Origin: Candidatus Saccharimonadota bacterium
Lineage (GTDB): Bacteria; Patescibacteriota; Saccharimonadia; Saccharimonadales; Saccharimonadaceae
Assembly (NCBI GenBank): GCA_016700015.1
Contig: CP064995.1
Coordinates: 150,001 to 182,000, forward strand
DNA length: 32,000 bases
Reading direction: 5' to 3'
In this document: positions 1 through 8,573 of the stretch, piece after piece
How the letters are laid out: each line of letters opens with the position of its first letter
Numbering within the stretch: the first letter of the stretch is position 1
Translations under genes and position numbers: made by a program
The notes under the pieces: generated by a model
Seen by the model: the letters and a program-made list of their open reading frames with translations, nothing else
Told to the model about the DNA's origin: nothing
Database searches by the model: none

Positions 1-606
1 CTACTCGGTACCGATGCCAATAGTAATTTCACAGCGATTCTCGCCGATGTCGGTGGCGGAACAACCGATATTGCCGTCGTCAACGACGGCGGTGTTGAAG
101 GTACAAAAATGTTTGGTATCGGGGGACGGAGCTTTACTAATACTATCGCAAGTGAGATGAACATTTCCTATCAGTCGGCCGAGAAGCTTAAAGTCAACAT
201 TGATCATGATCAAGTAAAGCTAACAGTGAAAAAGGACGTTGAAGCAGCAGTTGATAAGACGCTCGAAGTGTGGCTCGCCGGCGTAGAATTAGCGCTTAGT
301 GAATTTGATTCTGTCGACCACCTACCACCTCGAATACTACTCTGTGGTGGCGGTGCCAGCCTCACGCAGTTAGTGCAGGCACTTGAAAAGCGCGAATGGT
401 ACAAGACGCTACCATTTACAAAACGACCAAGCGTAACGTACATTAAGCCTAGTGATGTTGTGGGTATTCATGATGCATCAGGTAAAGCCGACGATCACAC
501 CTATATCACTGCTATGGGCCTGCTAAGAGTGGGCTATGATACAATGATAGGTACGAGTGATAGCGATACAATTCGCGATAAATTAAACAGAATGCTACGG
601 ATATAA
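1..606 (+). CDS. ftsA: Cell division protein FtsA, C-terminal part (5' end lies outside the window)
   Basis: Frame 1 is open from base 1 (LLGTDANSNFTAILADVGGGTTDIAVV...). It has the actin/HSP70-fold phosphate motif DVGGGTTD and a short basic amphipathic C-terminal tail (IRDKLNRMLRI) like the FtsA membrane-targeting helix. PilM is not fully excluded. Confidence 0.75.
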   Translation, partial: LLGTDANSNFTAILADVGGGTTDIAVVNDGGVEGTKMFGIGGRSFTNTIASEMNISYQSAEKLKVNIDHDQVKLTVKKDVEAAVDKTLEVWLAGVELALSEFDSVDHLPPRILLCGGGASLTQLVQALEKREWYKTLPFTKRPSVTYIKPSDVVGIHDASGKADDHTYITAMGLLRVGYDTMIGTSDSDTIRDKLNRMLRI

Positions 607-607
607 C

Positions 608-2233
608 ATGCAAAAAGACGTTATATACATTGATGTAGATGACGACATCACGGCAATTATTGGCAAAGTAAAAGCTGCCAAAGCACATATTGTCGCACTG
701 GTTCCTCCAAAACGGATTGGGGCAATTCAGAGTGCTGTTAATCTGAAACTTGTTCATCGGGCAGCCGAGCAGGCCGACAAACGCCTTGTAATTATTAGTA
801 ATAATGTATCGCTAATGGCGCTGGCGGGATCTGCTGGTATACCAGTTGCCAGGAATCTTCAGAGCAAGCCTGAGCTTGCTGAAGTTCCGGTGCTCGAGGT
901 AGACGACGATGATGTGATCGACGGTGCTGACTTGCCGGTCGGTGATCACCAAGCGGTGGCCGAAAAAGTGGCCAATGACAGCGTCGTACCAGAAGTTGGT
1001 GCCGCAGCCGTGGCAGCAAGCGCTGATTCAGTTGCAGTGTCGCACCGCGATAAACCCGTAACGCGCGGCAGTAAAGTAGCGGTGCCAAATTTCGATGTAT
1101 TTCGTAAAAAACTACTACTCGGCATTGTTGGGGGGGTAACACTGATATCGCTTCTTGTGTGGGCATTCGTTTTTGCTCCGTCAGCACGGATTATCATAAC
1201 GGCACGCACGACTGACGCCGCGCTCAATAGCCGCGTTTCCTTGTCGCCCACAGCAACAACCGATCTCAAAGCAGGTACCATCGCCTCAGTACTTAAATCA
1301 ACAAAAAAAGATGTCTCTATTCCCTTTACAGCAACAGGCAAAAAAGATGTTGGCGACAAGGCTACCGGCGCCGTGAAACTTTATAATGACTCGTTTGACC
1401 CGGTAACAGTTTCGGGTAGTGTCACGGCTGGTGGGTTTACCTTTTATCTATCGTCAGCCGTTACAGTACCCAAAGGTTCATGTACGAGGCCTAGCAGCTG
1501 CTCATCCGGAACGGCAACTGGCACAATTGTGGCTGCTGCCCCAGGCAGTAACTACAACGGCATTAGCGGCGAACTAGGTGATTTGCCGGGAACTATTACC
1601 GGTGCGATCACGGGCGCTACCGCTAACGGTACTGATAAAACTGTCACGGTGGTATCACAAGAAGATGTCGATAAAGTCAGCGGTGATGCGAGTAAACAAG
1701 ACGTCGCAGAAGCCGCCAAAAAAGAACTGCTTGCGAGCCTTAGGGGCGATTACATAATTCTTGACAGTACCTTTAAAGCAGACACATCGGCTGTAAAGTC
1801 AGCGCCAGCCGTGGGTTCAGAAGCCACCGACAGCAAAGCGACCCTTGCTGGCAGCGTAACATACACCATCGTAGCCACCGTAAAGTCAGAAGTTTCCAAA
1901 TATCTCGATGCATATTTTGCTCAGCAGATTGATGGTAAAACAGACCAGAAAGTCTATAGTAATGGACTAACCGATGTGTCATTTACAAATATTTCTCAGG
2001 CCGATACTATCACCACCGTGAATATATCAACAAATGGTAAAATTGGACCAAAAGTCGACGAAAAAGCCCTCAAGGAATTTGCTAAAGGCAAACGCTATGG
2101 TGAAATTCAGGACTACGTGAAACAGGTGAGCGGTATAGATAATGTTGACGTAAAGTTCTCGCCGTTTTGGGTATCAAGTTCTCCAGGCGACCCTAATCGT
2201 ATAAAGGTAGAGTTTAAAGTTAATGGTGCATAA
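608..2233 (+). CDS. Hypothetical bitopic membrane protein (cytoplasmic N-domain, one TM helix, Ser/Thr/Gly/Val-rich external domain)
   Basis: 541-aa ORF starting 2 nt after the ftsA stop. One hydrophobic helix (LLLGIVGGVTLISLLVWAFVFA) at about aa 180-200. I recognise no family signature. Confidence 0.7.
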   Translation: MQKDVIYIDVDDDITAIIGKVKAAKAHIVALVPPKRIGAIQSAVNLKLVHRAAEQADKRLVIISNNVSLMALAGSAGIPVARNLQSKPELAEVPVLEVDDDDVIDGADLPVGDHQAVAEKVANDSVVPEVGAAAVAASADSVAVSHRDKPVTRGSKVAVPNFDVFRKKLLLGIVGGVTLISLLVWAFVFAPSARIIITARTTDAALNSRVSLSPTATTDLKAGTIASVLKSTKKDVSIPFTATGKKDVGDKATGAVKLYNDSFDPVTVSGSVTAGGFTFYLSSAVTVPKGSCTRPSSCSSGTATGTIVAAAPGSNYNGISGELGDLPGTITGAITGATANGTDKTVTVVSQEDVDKVSGDASKQDVAEAAKKELLASLRGDYIILDSTFKADTSAVKSAPAVGSEATDSKATLAGSVTYTIVATVKSEVSKYLDAYFAQQIDGKTDQKVYSNGLTDVSFTNISQADTITTVNISTNGKIGPKVDEKALKEFAKGKRYGEIQDYVKQVSGIDNVDVKFSPFWVSSSPGDPNRIKVEFKVNGA

Positions 2234-2627
2234 CGGTTCACTCCTCGCACTCGATGTGGGTGAGAAGCGTATTGGTGTCGCACTTGCAGACCCAAGTATC
2301 CGCATCGCGGTTGCCCATAGCACGATCAGTGTGGACGGCACCGAACACTCACGTATAAAAGAGTTGGTGGCTTCCGAGAAAGTGGAAACAATTGTTATTG
2401 GTTACCCGCGCAATCAGTCTGGTGAGCCGACGGCGCAAACGCACTACGTAGAAGTATTCGCTAATCAACTCCAAGATATACATGCGCACATCGTTTTTCA
2501 GGATGAATCGGTCACAAGCATACAGGCTGAAAAACTATTGCAAGCACAGAAGCGTCCCTACGCCAAAGCCGATATTGATGCACTTGCCGCAAGTTTAATT
2601 TTGCAAGACTATTTGGAGCGGCACTAA
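2223..2627 (+). CDS. ruvX: Putative pre-16S rRNA nuclease / Holliday junction resolvase-like protein RuvX (YqgF)
   Basis: N-terminal LLALDVGEKRIGVALAD motif typical of the YqgF family. 134 aa. The start overlaps the upstream stop by 11 nt. Confidence 0.85.
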   Translation: MVHNGSLLALDVGEKRIGVALADPSIRIAVAHSTISVDGTEHSRIKELVASEKVETIVIGYPRNQSGEPTAQTHYVEVFANQLQDIHAHIVFQDESVTSIQAEKLLQAQKRPYAKADIDALAASLILQDYLERH

Positions 2628-3904
2628 TGGATGGTTTTAAGCGCCCTCAAAAACGGCCAGTCCAAAAAACCATGCCACCAAAACCGACTAATATGTCAGT
2701 ATCGCCGTCGCTTCCTATTGTACTGCCACCATCGATAAAATCCCCCGAGCCACCAGTGGTTGCTGGCAGACTTCGCGATTTGGGTCGCCCGGCTAGTCGC
2801 CCTAAAAAATCAAAACGATGGCTAATTGTAGCATTCGTTGTTGGTATCGTTGTAGCTGTTGCCATTGCTATTGGAAGTTGGTATACCTCTCAGCTGAAAC
2901 CGGTTGCTATTGCCAACACTGAGACGCAGAGAGTTGTGATCGAAAAAAGTACTTCATTTGGCTATGTAGTGAAAAGGTTAAAAGAACGCGGCCTTATACG
3001 AAGCGAACTTGCAGCAACGGTGTATGGCCTGCTGTCTGGAACCAGAACCAAACTCAAAGAAGGAAGCTGTGATCTCGCTCCGTCACAATCTACGCAGCAG
3101 ATTCTCGAAAAATTAACCACTGGCTGCCACGACTTTAAGGTTATTACTTTTTTTCCTGGGGCGACCATCGAGCGTCCCCTCTATAAGCCTTCTCACGCTG
3201 AGCTCGATGATACAATGTATGTTAAATATCGTCTACAAAGTTTTGGATTTAGTGATGATCAGATCAGTGCCGCACTAACCAAACAGTACTCTGGGCCGTT
3301 ATTTGCCGATAAACCGGCGGGCACATCACTAGAGGGCTACATTTATGGTCAGACCTATTTCGTAGAACCGGGTGTATCGGCCGAGAAAGTACTTCAGACG
3401 ACATTTGATCAAATGTACAAAGAACTAAATGCCGAGGGACTGCCAGCAAAATTTCAATCCGAGGGTCTGTCGCTCTACCAGGCAATTACTCTCGCTTCGA
3501 TTGTGCAGCGCGAGCTTAATTGTGAGGGCAAACCGACCGAAGGCGGCCGTCAGGAACGCTGCTATACGTACCAGAGGACTATTGCTCAGATTTTTCTCAA
3601 ACGACTACGCGAGAATATATCGCTCGGGTCTGATGTTACATTTATTTATGCGGCGGATATAATGGGCGTAGCGCCGTCGGTAACAATCGACTCACCCTAC
3701 AATACCCGTATTCATACGGGGTTACCGCCCGGTCCTATTGGTGCGCCAGGTATCTTGGCACTCAGAGCTGTGGCTAATCCGACATCGACAGACTACCTGT
3801 TCTTTATTGCTGGTGATGACGGCCTCATTTATTTTGCCAGCGACCAAGCTGGACATGAGGCGAATATTGCCGCTCACTGCCAAAAACTCTGTAATGAATT
3901 ATAA
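2627..3904 (+). CDS. mltG: Endolytic murein transglycosylase MltG (YceG-like)
   Basis: TAATG stop/start overlap with ruvX. Pro-rich N-terminus, one TM helix (WLIVAFVVGIVVAVAIAIGSW), and a C-terminal YceG signature (SPYNTRIHTGLPPGPIGAPG...NPTSTDYLFFIA). Confidence 0.85.
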   Translation: MDGFKRPQKRPVQKTMPPKPTNMSVSPSLPIVLPPSIKSPEPPVVAGRLRDLGRPASRPKKSKRWLIVAFVVGIVVAVAIAIGSWYTSQLKPVAIANTETQRVVIEKSTSFGYVVKRLKERGLIRSELAATVYGLLSGTRTKLKEGSCDLAPSQSTQQILEKLTTGCHDFKVITFFPGATIERPLYKPSHAELDDTMYVKYRLQSFGFSDDQISAALTKQYSGPLFADKPAGTSLEGYIYGQTYFVEPGVSAEKVLQTTFDQMYKELNAEGLPAKFQSEGLSLYQAITLASIVQRELNCEGKPTEGGRQERCYTYQRTIAQIFLKRLRENISLGSDVTFIYAADIMGVAPSVTIDSPYNTRIHTGLPPGPIGAPGILALRAVANPTSTDYLFFIAGDDGLIYFASDQAGHEANIAAHCQKLCNEL

Positions 3905-3946
3905 GCTTTTGCCTCCGTTGGGCAAGCCAAAATATGTCTGAAACAG

Positions 3947-3975
3947 TTGCAAAATACAACTCTTTTTGCTATCAT
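3947..3975 (+). promoter_or_regulatory. Candidate sigma70-type promoter (TTGCAA - 17 nt - TATCAT)
   Basis: TTGCAA at 3947-3952, a 17-nt spacer, and TATCAT at 3970-3975. It sits in the 342-bp gap between mltG and the LysM-CHAP gene. Confidence 0.45.
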
Positions 3976-4246
3976 AGCAGGAGCACATTGACACGTGAAT
4001 CGACAATCGTGACAAGCGAAACGTCGATTTGGGTGGGAAATAAACGTATCAACAGTGCCTACCTTTAAATGTCGTACGAGCACCGAAATAAGCACTTTTT
4101 AGTAATATAAATTAATAAAATCGGTCGACACGCGTGCTCTTTCCGCAACCTATGGCGGAGTAAGACAAAGTGAGGTAGTGAGATGTCAGTAATGACACCT
4201 TAGGAGTACGATTATTCGTAATCAACCACTCGCTACTGATATATTT
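3976..4246 (+). promoter_or_regulatory. Long (~265 nt) putative structured 5' leader of the LysM-CHAP hydrolase gene
   Basis: Hairpins at AATCGAC 3998-4004 / GTCGATT 4023-4029 and at TGTCA-GTAA-TGACA 4184-4196. GAGCAC occurs twice (3981-3986 and 4078-4083), and both copies are complementary to GTGCTC 4134-4139, so alternative pairings are possible. AGGAG at 4202-4206. Confidence 0.3.
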
Positions 4247-5401
4247 GTGGCGAACCAACTTGAAACTTCATCTCATGCCCTCACTGGCAATGCTTCGCGT
4301 CCCAAAGCGACCCGCGGAGCAGTATCGGGCGCATCGATTGCGTCGTATTTTGGTATTTTTCTTCTTGTCGTATCTATGATTGCCATTGGCTACCATCCAC
4401 CTGTGAAAGCATCGCTTGCTAATGTCGGTAGTGGAGTAGCTGACGCATCGACGACCGCTCTTTCGACTGAAGCGACCGTGGATCAGCTTATGGCCACCAA
4501 TATCGCCGCGACACTTGCCGAAAGCACTGACCTCCCTGTCACCAACAACGTTGCCAACCTGTCGCAATCGCTTGCTATCGAAAGCACTTTGGCGCAAACT
4601 GACACCAATGTCATATCAAAACCGCAAATTGTTCAGCCCGCAGCCGATAGTCGTGTTACCCAGAAGTACGTAACGACTTCCGGTGACACGGTTCAGGCTG
4701 TTTCGCAGCGGTATGGTGTATCGACAACGACTATTAAATGGGCGAATAAGTTGACGTCTGACACCTTAGAGCCAGGACGTGAACTCACCATTCCGCCTGT
4801 CGACGGTATTATCTACACTGTGAAATCGGGTGACACAATCGCCAGTATTGCTGCTAAATATAAGGCTGATGCCAACATTATTCGTAGCTTCAATGACCTT
4901 GAGCTTTCGGGTGATCCTGCAGCGGGTGTTCAAGTCGTCATCCCTGGCGGCGCTTTGCCAACCGAAGAACAGCCGGGCTATGTAGCGCCACGCCGCGTGA
5001 CCATATCGTATTCTAATTATTCTGGTGGTTATGGTACGAGCTGGAACGGGGGCTGGTCTGCTGGTAATAAGTATGCGTGGGGCAACTGTACGTGGTATGC
5101 TTACGAACGACGCATGCAGTTAGGTAATCCTGTGGGTAGCTTCTGGGGCAATGCTAGCACTTGGGCATATAGTGCTGGTGTGGCCGGCTACCTTGTTGAT
5201 GGTAATCCAACTCCTGGCGCCGTGATGCAAAATGGCGGTGGCTGGGGGCATGTGGCAATTGTGGAAGCTATTAACCCAGGTATATCAGTCACAATTAGTG
5301 AAATGAATGGTTATAGATTTGGCGGTGGCTTTGGCCGCGTCGGGCACGGTGACATTTCGTGGGGTGAGGCCACAAGTGGCATGTTCCGATATATTCACTA
5401 A
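4247..5401 (+). CDS. Secreted/anchored peptidoglycan hydrolase: N-terminal TM anchor, 2x LysM, C-terminal CHAP domain
   Basis: Two LysM repeats (YVTTSGDTVQAVSQRYGVS...ELTIP; YTVKSGDTIASIAAKYKAD...VVIPG). CHAP catalytic context is GNCTWYAYERR ... GHVAIVE. The GTG start at 4247 has no nearby SD. An AGGAG at 4202-4206 sits 7 nt upstream of an in-frame ATT (4214), so the true start is uncertain. Confidence 0.85.
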   Translation: MANQLETSSHALTGNASRPKATRGAVSGASIASYFGIFLLVVSMIAIGYHPPVKASLANVGSGVADASTTALSTEATVDQLMATNIAATLAESTDLPVTNNVANLSQSLAIESTLAQTDTNVISKPQIVQPAADSRVTQKYVTTSGDTVQAVSQRYGVSTTTIKWANKLTSDTLEPGRELTIPPVDGIIYTVKSGDTIASIAAKYKADANIIRSFNDLELSGDPAAGVQVVIPGGALPTEEQPGYVAPRRVTISYSNYSGGYGTSWNGGWSAGNKYAWGNCTWYAYERRMQLGNPVGSFWGNASTWAYSAGVAGYLVDGNPTPGAVMQNGGGWGHVAIVEAINPGISVTISEMNGYRFGGGFGRVGHGDISWGEATSGMFRYIH

Positions 5402-5416
5402 ATGTTATAAACATAT

Positions 5417-5446
5417 AAACACCTCTGTAAAACAAGAGGTGTTTTT
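5417..5446 (+). terminator. Rho-independent terminator after the CHAP gene
   Basis: Perfect 10-bp stem AAACACCTCT (5417-5426) / AGAGGTGTTT (5435-5444), an 8-nt loop, and a T-run continuing to 5446. Confidence 0.8.
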
Positions 5447-5448
5447 GG

Positions 5449-5454
5449 TATACT
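5449..5454 (+). promoter_or_regulatory. -10 box TATACT, 9 nt upstream of the obg ATG (leaderless-type)
   Basis: TATACT at 5449-5454 and ATG at 5464. No SD in between. Confidence 0.4.
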
Positions 5455-5463
5455 AGACACGAG

Positions 5464-6753
5464 ATGTTTGTTGATACAGCCACTGTGACAGTTCGGGCGG
5501 GTAGGGGCGGCGATGGAGCCGTCAGTTTTCGTCATGAGATTTATGTCGATAAGGGCGGACCTGATGGTGGCGATGGCGGTAAGGGCGGCGATGTCGTATT
5601 TGTCGCTACCGAGAATCTTAATACACTTTTAGATTTTCGCTATAGGCCCGAACTAAAAGCTGAAGATGGGATAGCAGGTAGTAAGCGCAAGCGAGCTGGC
5701 CGTATGGGTCAGAGTTTATATGTGAAAGTCCCGGTTGGTACAGTTGTCAAACAGGACGGTAAGGTGATTACCGATCTCACGACACATGGTGAACAAGTCG
5801 TGATTGCGAAGGGTGGTGACGGCGGCTTTGGTAACGCACATTTTAAATCAAGCACACGCCAGACACCGCGCATGGCTGAGTTGGGTGAACCTGGTGACGC
5901 TTTTGAAGCTGAGCTCGAGCTTAAGTTGCTCGCAGATGTTGGACTTGTTGGTTTTCCTAACGCCGGTAAATCAACATTTCTCTCTGTTGTCTCAAATGCT
6001 AGGCCGGAAATTGCGGAGTATGCCTTTACGACACTTACTCCCAACCTTGGTGTGGCCGATATCGATAATGGTAGTTTGCTGATTGCGGATATCCCAGGTC
6101 TTATCGAGGGAGCCAGTGCGGGCAAGGGTCTTGGAGACGCGTTTTTACGTCACATTGAACGCACTGCAGTCCTGCTCCATCTTGTTGACGCCTATAGCAA
6201 CGATGTGGCAACAACATACCAAACGATCCGCAAAGAGCTCGCGAACTATAGTTCTGAACTCGTAGGGCGACCCGAGGTGGTTGTACTAAGTAAGTGTGAT
6301 GGTTTGGACCAAGATATTGTTGCTATGCAGATTGTCGAGCTGAAACATGTGGTTCCAGATGGTACGCCGGTCTATGCGATGTCATCGGCTGCCCATCAGG
6401 GCGTCAAAGAAGTACTGCGCGAACTGTACAAACAGGTTCAGGCTGCACGGGGACGAAGACCCGTTGTCGATGAACCCCAGGGCGAGCAGGTGGTTATTAC
6501 TCTTTCCCGCGGTGCGTTCGACAAGCACTGGCAGGTTGCCTATGATGAGTCAGATCAGCGCTACCACGTCCAGGGCGATAAAATCGAGAAGTTTGCGCGA
6601 CGCACTAACTACGATCAGTTTGAAAGTGTGAACCGTCTTCGTGATATCATGAAGCGCCTTGGCATTACACACGAACTAACTAGGCAAGGAGCAACAGGTG
6701 ATAGTATGGTGCAGATCGGTGACAGTCGACCATTCAGTGTTGTAGAGCAATAA
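5464..6753 (+). CDS. obg: GTPase Obg/CgtA
   Basis: Gly-rich Obg fold N-terminus (MFVDTATVTVRAGRGGDGAVSFRHE...). G motifs GFPNAGKST, DIPGLIEGA and SKCD. C-terminal OCT-like domain. Confidence 0.95.
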   Translation: MFVDTATVTVRAGRGGDGAVSFRHEIYVDKGGPDGGDGGKGGDVVFVATENLNTLLDFRYRPELKAEDGIAGSKRKRAGRMGQSLYVKVPVGTVVKQDGKVITDLTTHGEQVVIAKGGDGGFGNAHFKSSTRQTPRMAELGEPGDAFEAELELKLLADVGLVGFPNAGKSTFLSVVSNARPEIAEYAFTTLTPNLGVADIDNGSLLIADIPGLIEGASAGKGLGDAFLRHIERTAVLLHLVDAYSNDVATTYQTIRKELANYSSELVGRPEVVVLSKCDGLDQDIVAMQIVELKHVVPDGTPVYAMSSAAHQGVKEVLRELYKQVQAARGRRPVVDEPQGEQVVITLSRGAFDKHWQVAYDESDQRYHVQGDKIEKFARRTNYDQFESVNRLRDIMKRLGITHELTRQGATGDSMVQIGDSRPFSVVEQ

Positions 6754-8171
6754 TGCCGAAATCTTTTTTCTTCTATGACCTTGAAACAAGCGGTCTATCA
6801 CCACAAAACGACCGTATTATGCAGTTTGCTGGTCAAAGGACTGATCTGGAGCTTAACCCTATCGGAGATCCCTACAATGTACTAGTTGCACTCTCAGATG
6901 ACACGCTGCCGAGTCCTGATGCCCTCATGGTGACAGGCATTACTCCGCAGAAAACAGTCGAAGAAGGTTATAGCGAAGCCCAGTTCAGTCGCCTGCTGAT
7001 GGAAGGTGTGTTTACAGAAGATACGATCGCAGTTGGGTTTAACAATGTGCGATTTGATGACGAGTTTATTCGTCATCTTTTTTGGCGTAATTTTTACGAC
7101 CCCTATGAATGGAGCTGGAAAGATGGTCGCTCACGCTGGGATCTGCTCGATGTAGTGCGGATGACAAGGGCCCTTCGTCCAGGCGGTATTAATTGGCCAG
7201 TGTCTAGTGAAGGCAAGCCCGTCAATAAGCTTGAAGCTATCACCAAAGAAAATGGTATAGCACATGATAATGCTCACGATGCCTACGCCGATGTTGTAGC
7301 GCTCATTGAGGTTGCTAGTTTGATTAGGCAGAAGCAGCCGCAATTGTTCGATTACTTACTCAAACTCCGCGACAAGCGTGAAGTGCAACAGCTTGTAAAC
7401 CTTGATACGAAACAGGCTTTTGTGTATACGAGTGGTCGTTATGATGGTAAGTATGGTTGCACCACTGTCGCTTTCCCGCTGACATTGGGGCGCAATGGTA
7501 ATATTGTTGTCTACGATCTTCGGGTTGACCCGACGCCATTTATCGAGCTATCCACAGCTGAGCTCCAAGATCGATTATTTGCACCCTACGACACGCGTAG
7601 GAAAAGCGGTTTCGTACCTGTTCCAGTGAAAGAACTACAATATAATCGCGCTCCGGCGGTCGCACCCCTTAGTGTGCTTGGCATCGACAGTGGCTGGGAG
7701 AAGATTGGACTCGATCAACATACGGTCAAAAACCATACGCAATCATTGCTAGCAAACCCTGCATTTGCCGAACGTCTTAGAACTGCATATGAGACGAGGC
7801 CAACATTTGCGGCCGCAATCGATCCCGAAGCGCGGCTCTATGAGACATTTTTGTCTGATAGCGATAAGCTGAGGGTTGAAACGGTACGTAATGCCACAGA
7901 GCAATCGCTTGCTGACTATCATCCGGAATTTTATGACGATCGTTTGTCTCCGCTTCTACTCCACTATAAGGCTCGCAATTTCCCCCGCACGTTAAGTGAA
8001 CAGGAAGTGGTCAAATGGGAAGAATGGCGCACCGAACGACTACGCGCTGCGCTACCTAGATTTATGGGCGGCTTGGCACAATACGCCACTACTGCAACTA
8101 CTGAACAACAATTTGTTTTGCAAGAATTGCAGCTCTGGGCTGAGTCGATTTTGCCGGCCTATACCGACTAG
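6753..8171 (+). CDS. sbcB: Exodeoxyribonuclease I (DEDDh 3'-5' exonuclease)
   Basis: FFFYDLETSGLSPQNDRIMQFAG (ExoI motif), later HDAYADV, length 472 aa. TAATG overlap with obg. Confidence 0.88.
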   Translation: MPKSFFFYDLETSGLSPQNDRIMQFAGQRTDLELNPIGDPYNVLVALSDDTLPSPDALMVTGITPQKTVEEGYSEAQFSRLLMEGVFTEDTIAVGFNNVRFDDEFIRHLFWRNFYDPYEWSWKDGRSRWDLLDVVRMTRALRPGGINWPVSSEGKPVNKLEAITKENGIAHDNAHDAYADVVALIEVASLIRQKQPQLFDYLLKLRDKREVQQLVNLDTKQAFVYTSGRYDGKYGCTTVAFPLTLGRNGNIVVYDLRVDPTPFIELSTAELQDRLFAPYDTRRKSGFVPVPVKELQYNRAPAVAPLSVLGIDSGWEKIGLDQHTVKNHTQSLLANPAFAERLRTAYETRPTFAAAIDPEARLYETFLSDSDKLRVETVRNATEQSLADYHPEFYDDRLSPLLLHYKARNFPRTLSEQEVVKWEEWRTERLRAALPRFMGGLAQYATTATTEQQFVLQELQLWAESILPAYTD

Positions 8172-8446
8172 ATGTGGCTATAGCGCCGTTTCGGCATACG
8201 AGGTTTATGAGTTGCTAACTCGTGTCGACGTGCGTTGTGGTGAATGAGTGCGCGCTCAATATAATGTGCGATCACCAGAGCAATAACAGTACAGTAGACA
8301 GCCATCATAAGCCAGTAAGGAACGACGTAGTCAGTCCCGGGCACATGTCCTGCGATAATGAGATCGAGGATAGCTGACATACCATCGCCTTTCATAAAAG
8401 CGAGGAAGCTAAGACAAGCGATACTGATGATTAATACTTTTTTCAC
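8168..8446 (-). CDS. Small hypothetical membrane protein (92 aa)
   Basis: Hydrophobic N-terminal segment (MKKVLIISIACLSFLAF) plus one or two more hydrophobic segments and a basic C-terminus. Convergent 4-nt overlap with the sbcB end. No recognisable family. Confidence 0.5.
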   Translation of the reverse strand: MKKVLIISIACLSFLAFMKGDGMSAILDLIIAGHVPGTDYVVPYWLMMAVYCTVIALVIAHYIERALIHHNARRHELATHKPRMPKRRYSHI

Positions 8447-8559
8447 AAGGTGATTCCTTTAACGTTATTTCATTATATCACAAAATTGATAATAAAGCAA
8501 TAGTATTTCTCTCAATTTAATTTCTGTTCAAGAGACTGGAAAAACAAAGTAAATTTAGG

Positions 8560-8565
8560 TATAAT
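8560..8565 (+). promoter_or_regulatory. -10 box TATAAT, 8 nt upstream of the uvrA ATG (leaderless-type)
   Basis: TATAAT at 8560-8565 and ATG at 8574, in an AT-rich divergent intergenic region. Confidence 0.45.
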
Positions 8566-8573
8566 ACTAAGCC

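Noticed and set aside
3874-4095. 73-aa ORF on the minus strand in the mltG / LysM-CHAP gap
   Set aside because: It overlaps the mltG 3' end, has no start-site signals, and has an odd Cys/His/Arg-rich composition typical of random ORFs.
3976-4246. Identification of the leader as a ydaO-type c-di-AMP riboswitch
   Set aside because: Only loose similarities (GUGAAUC, CCGAA, AACCU...GUAAG) are present. The hallmark blocks as I recall them (GGGGACCCA, GGGGUGAAUC, CAGCUAACCUCGUAAGCG) are absent. I therefore report only an unclassified structured leader.
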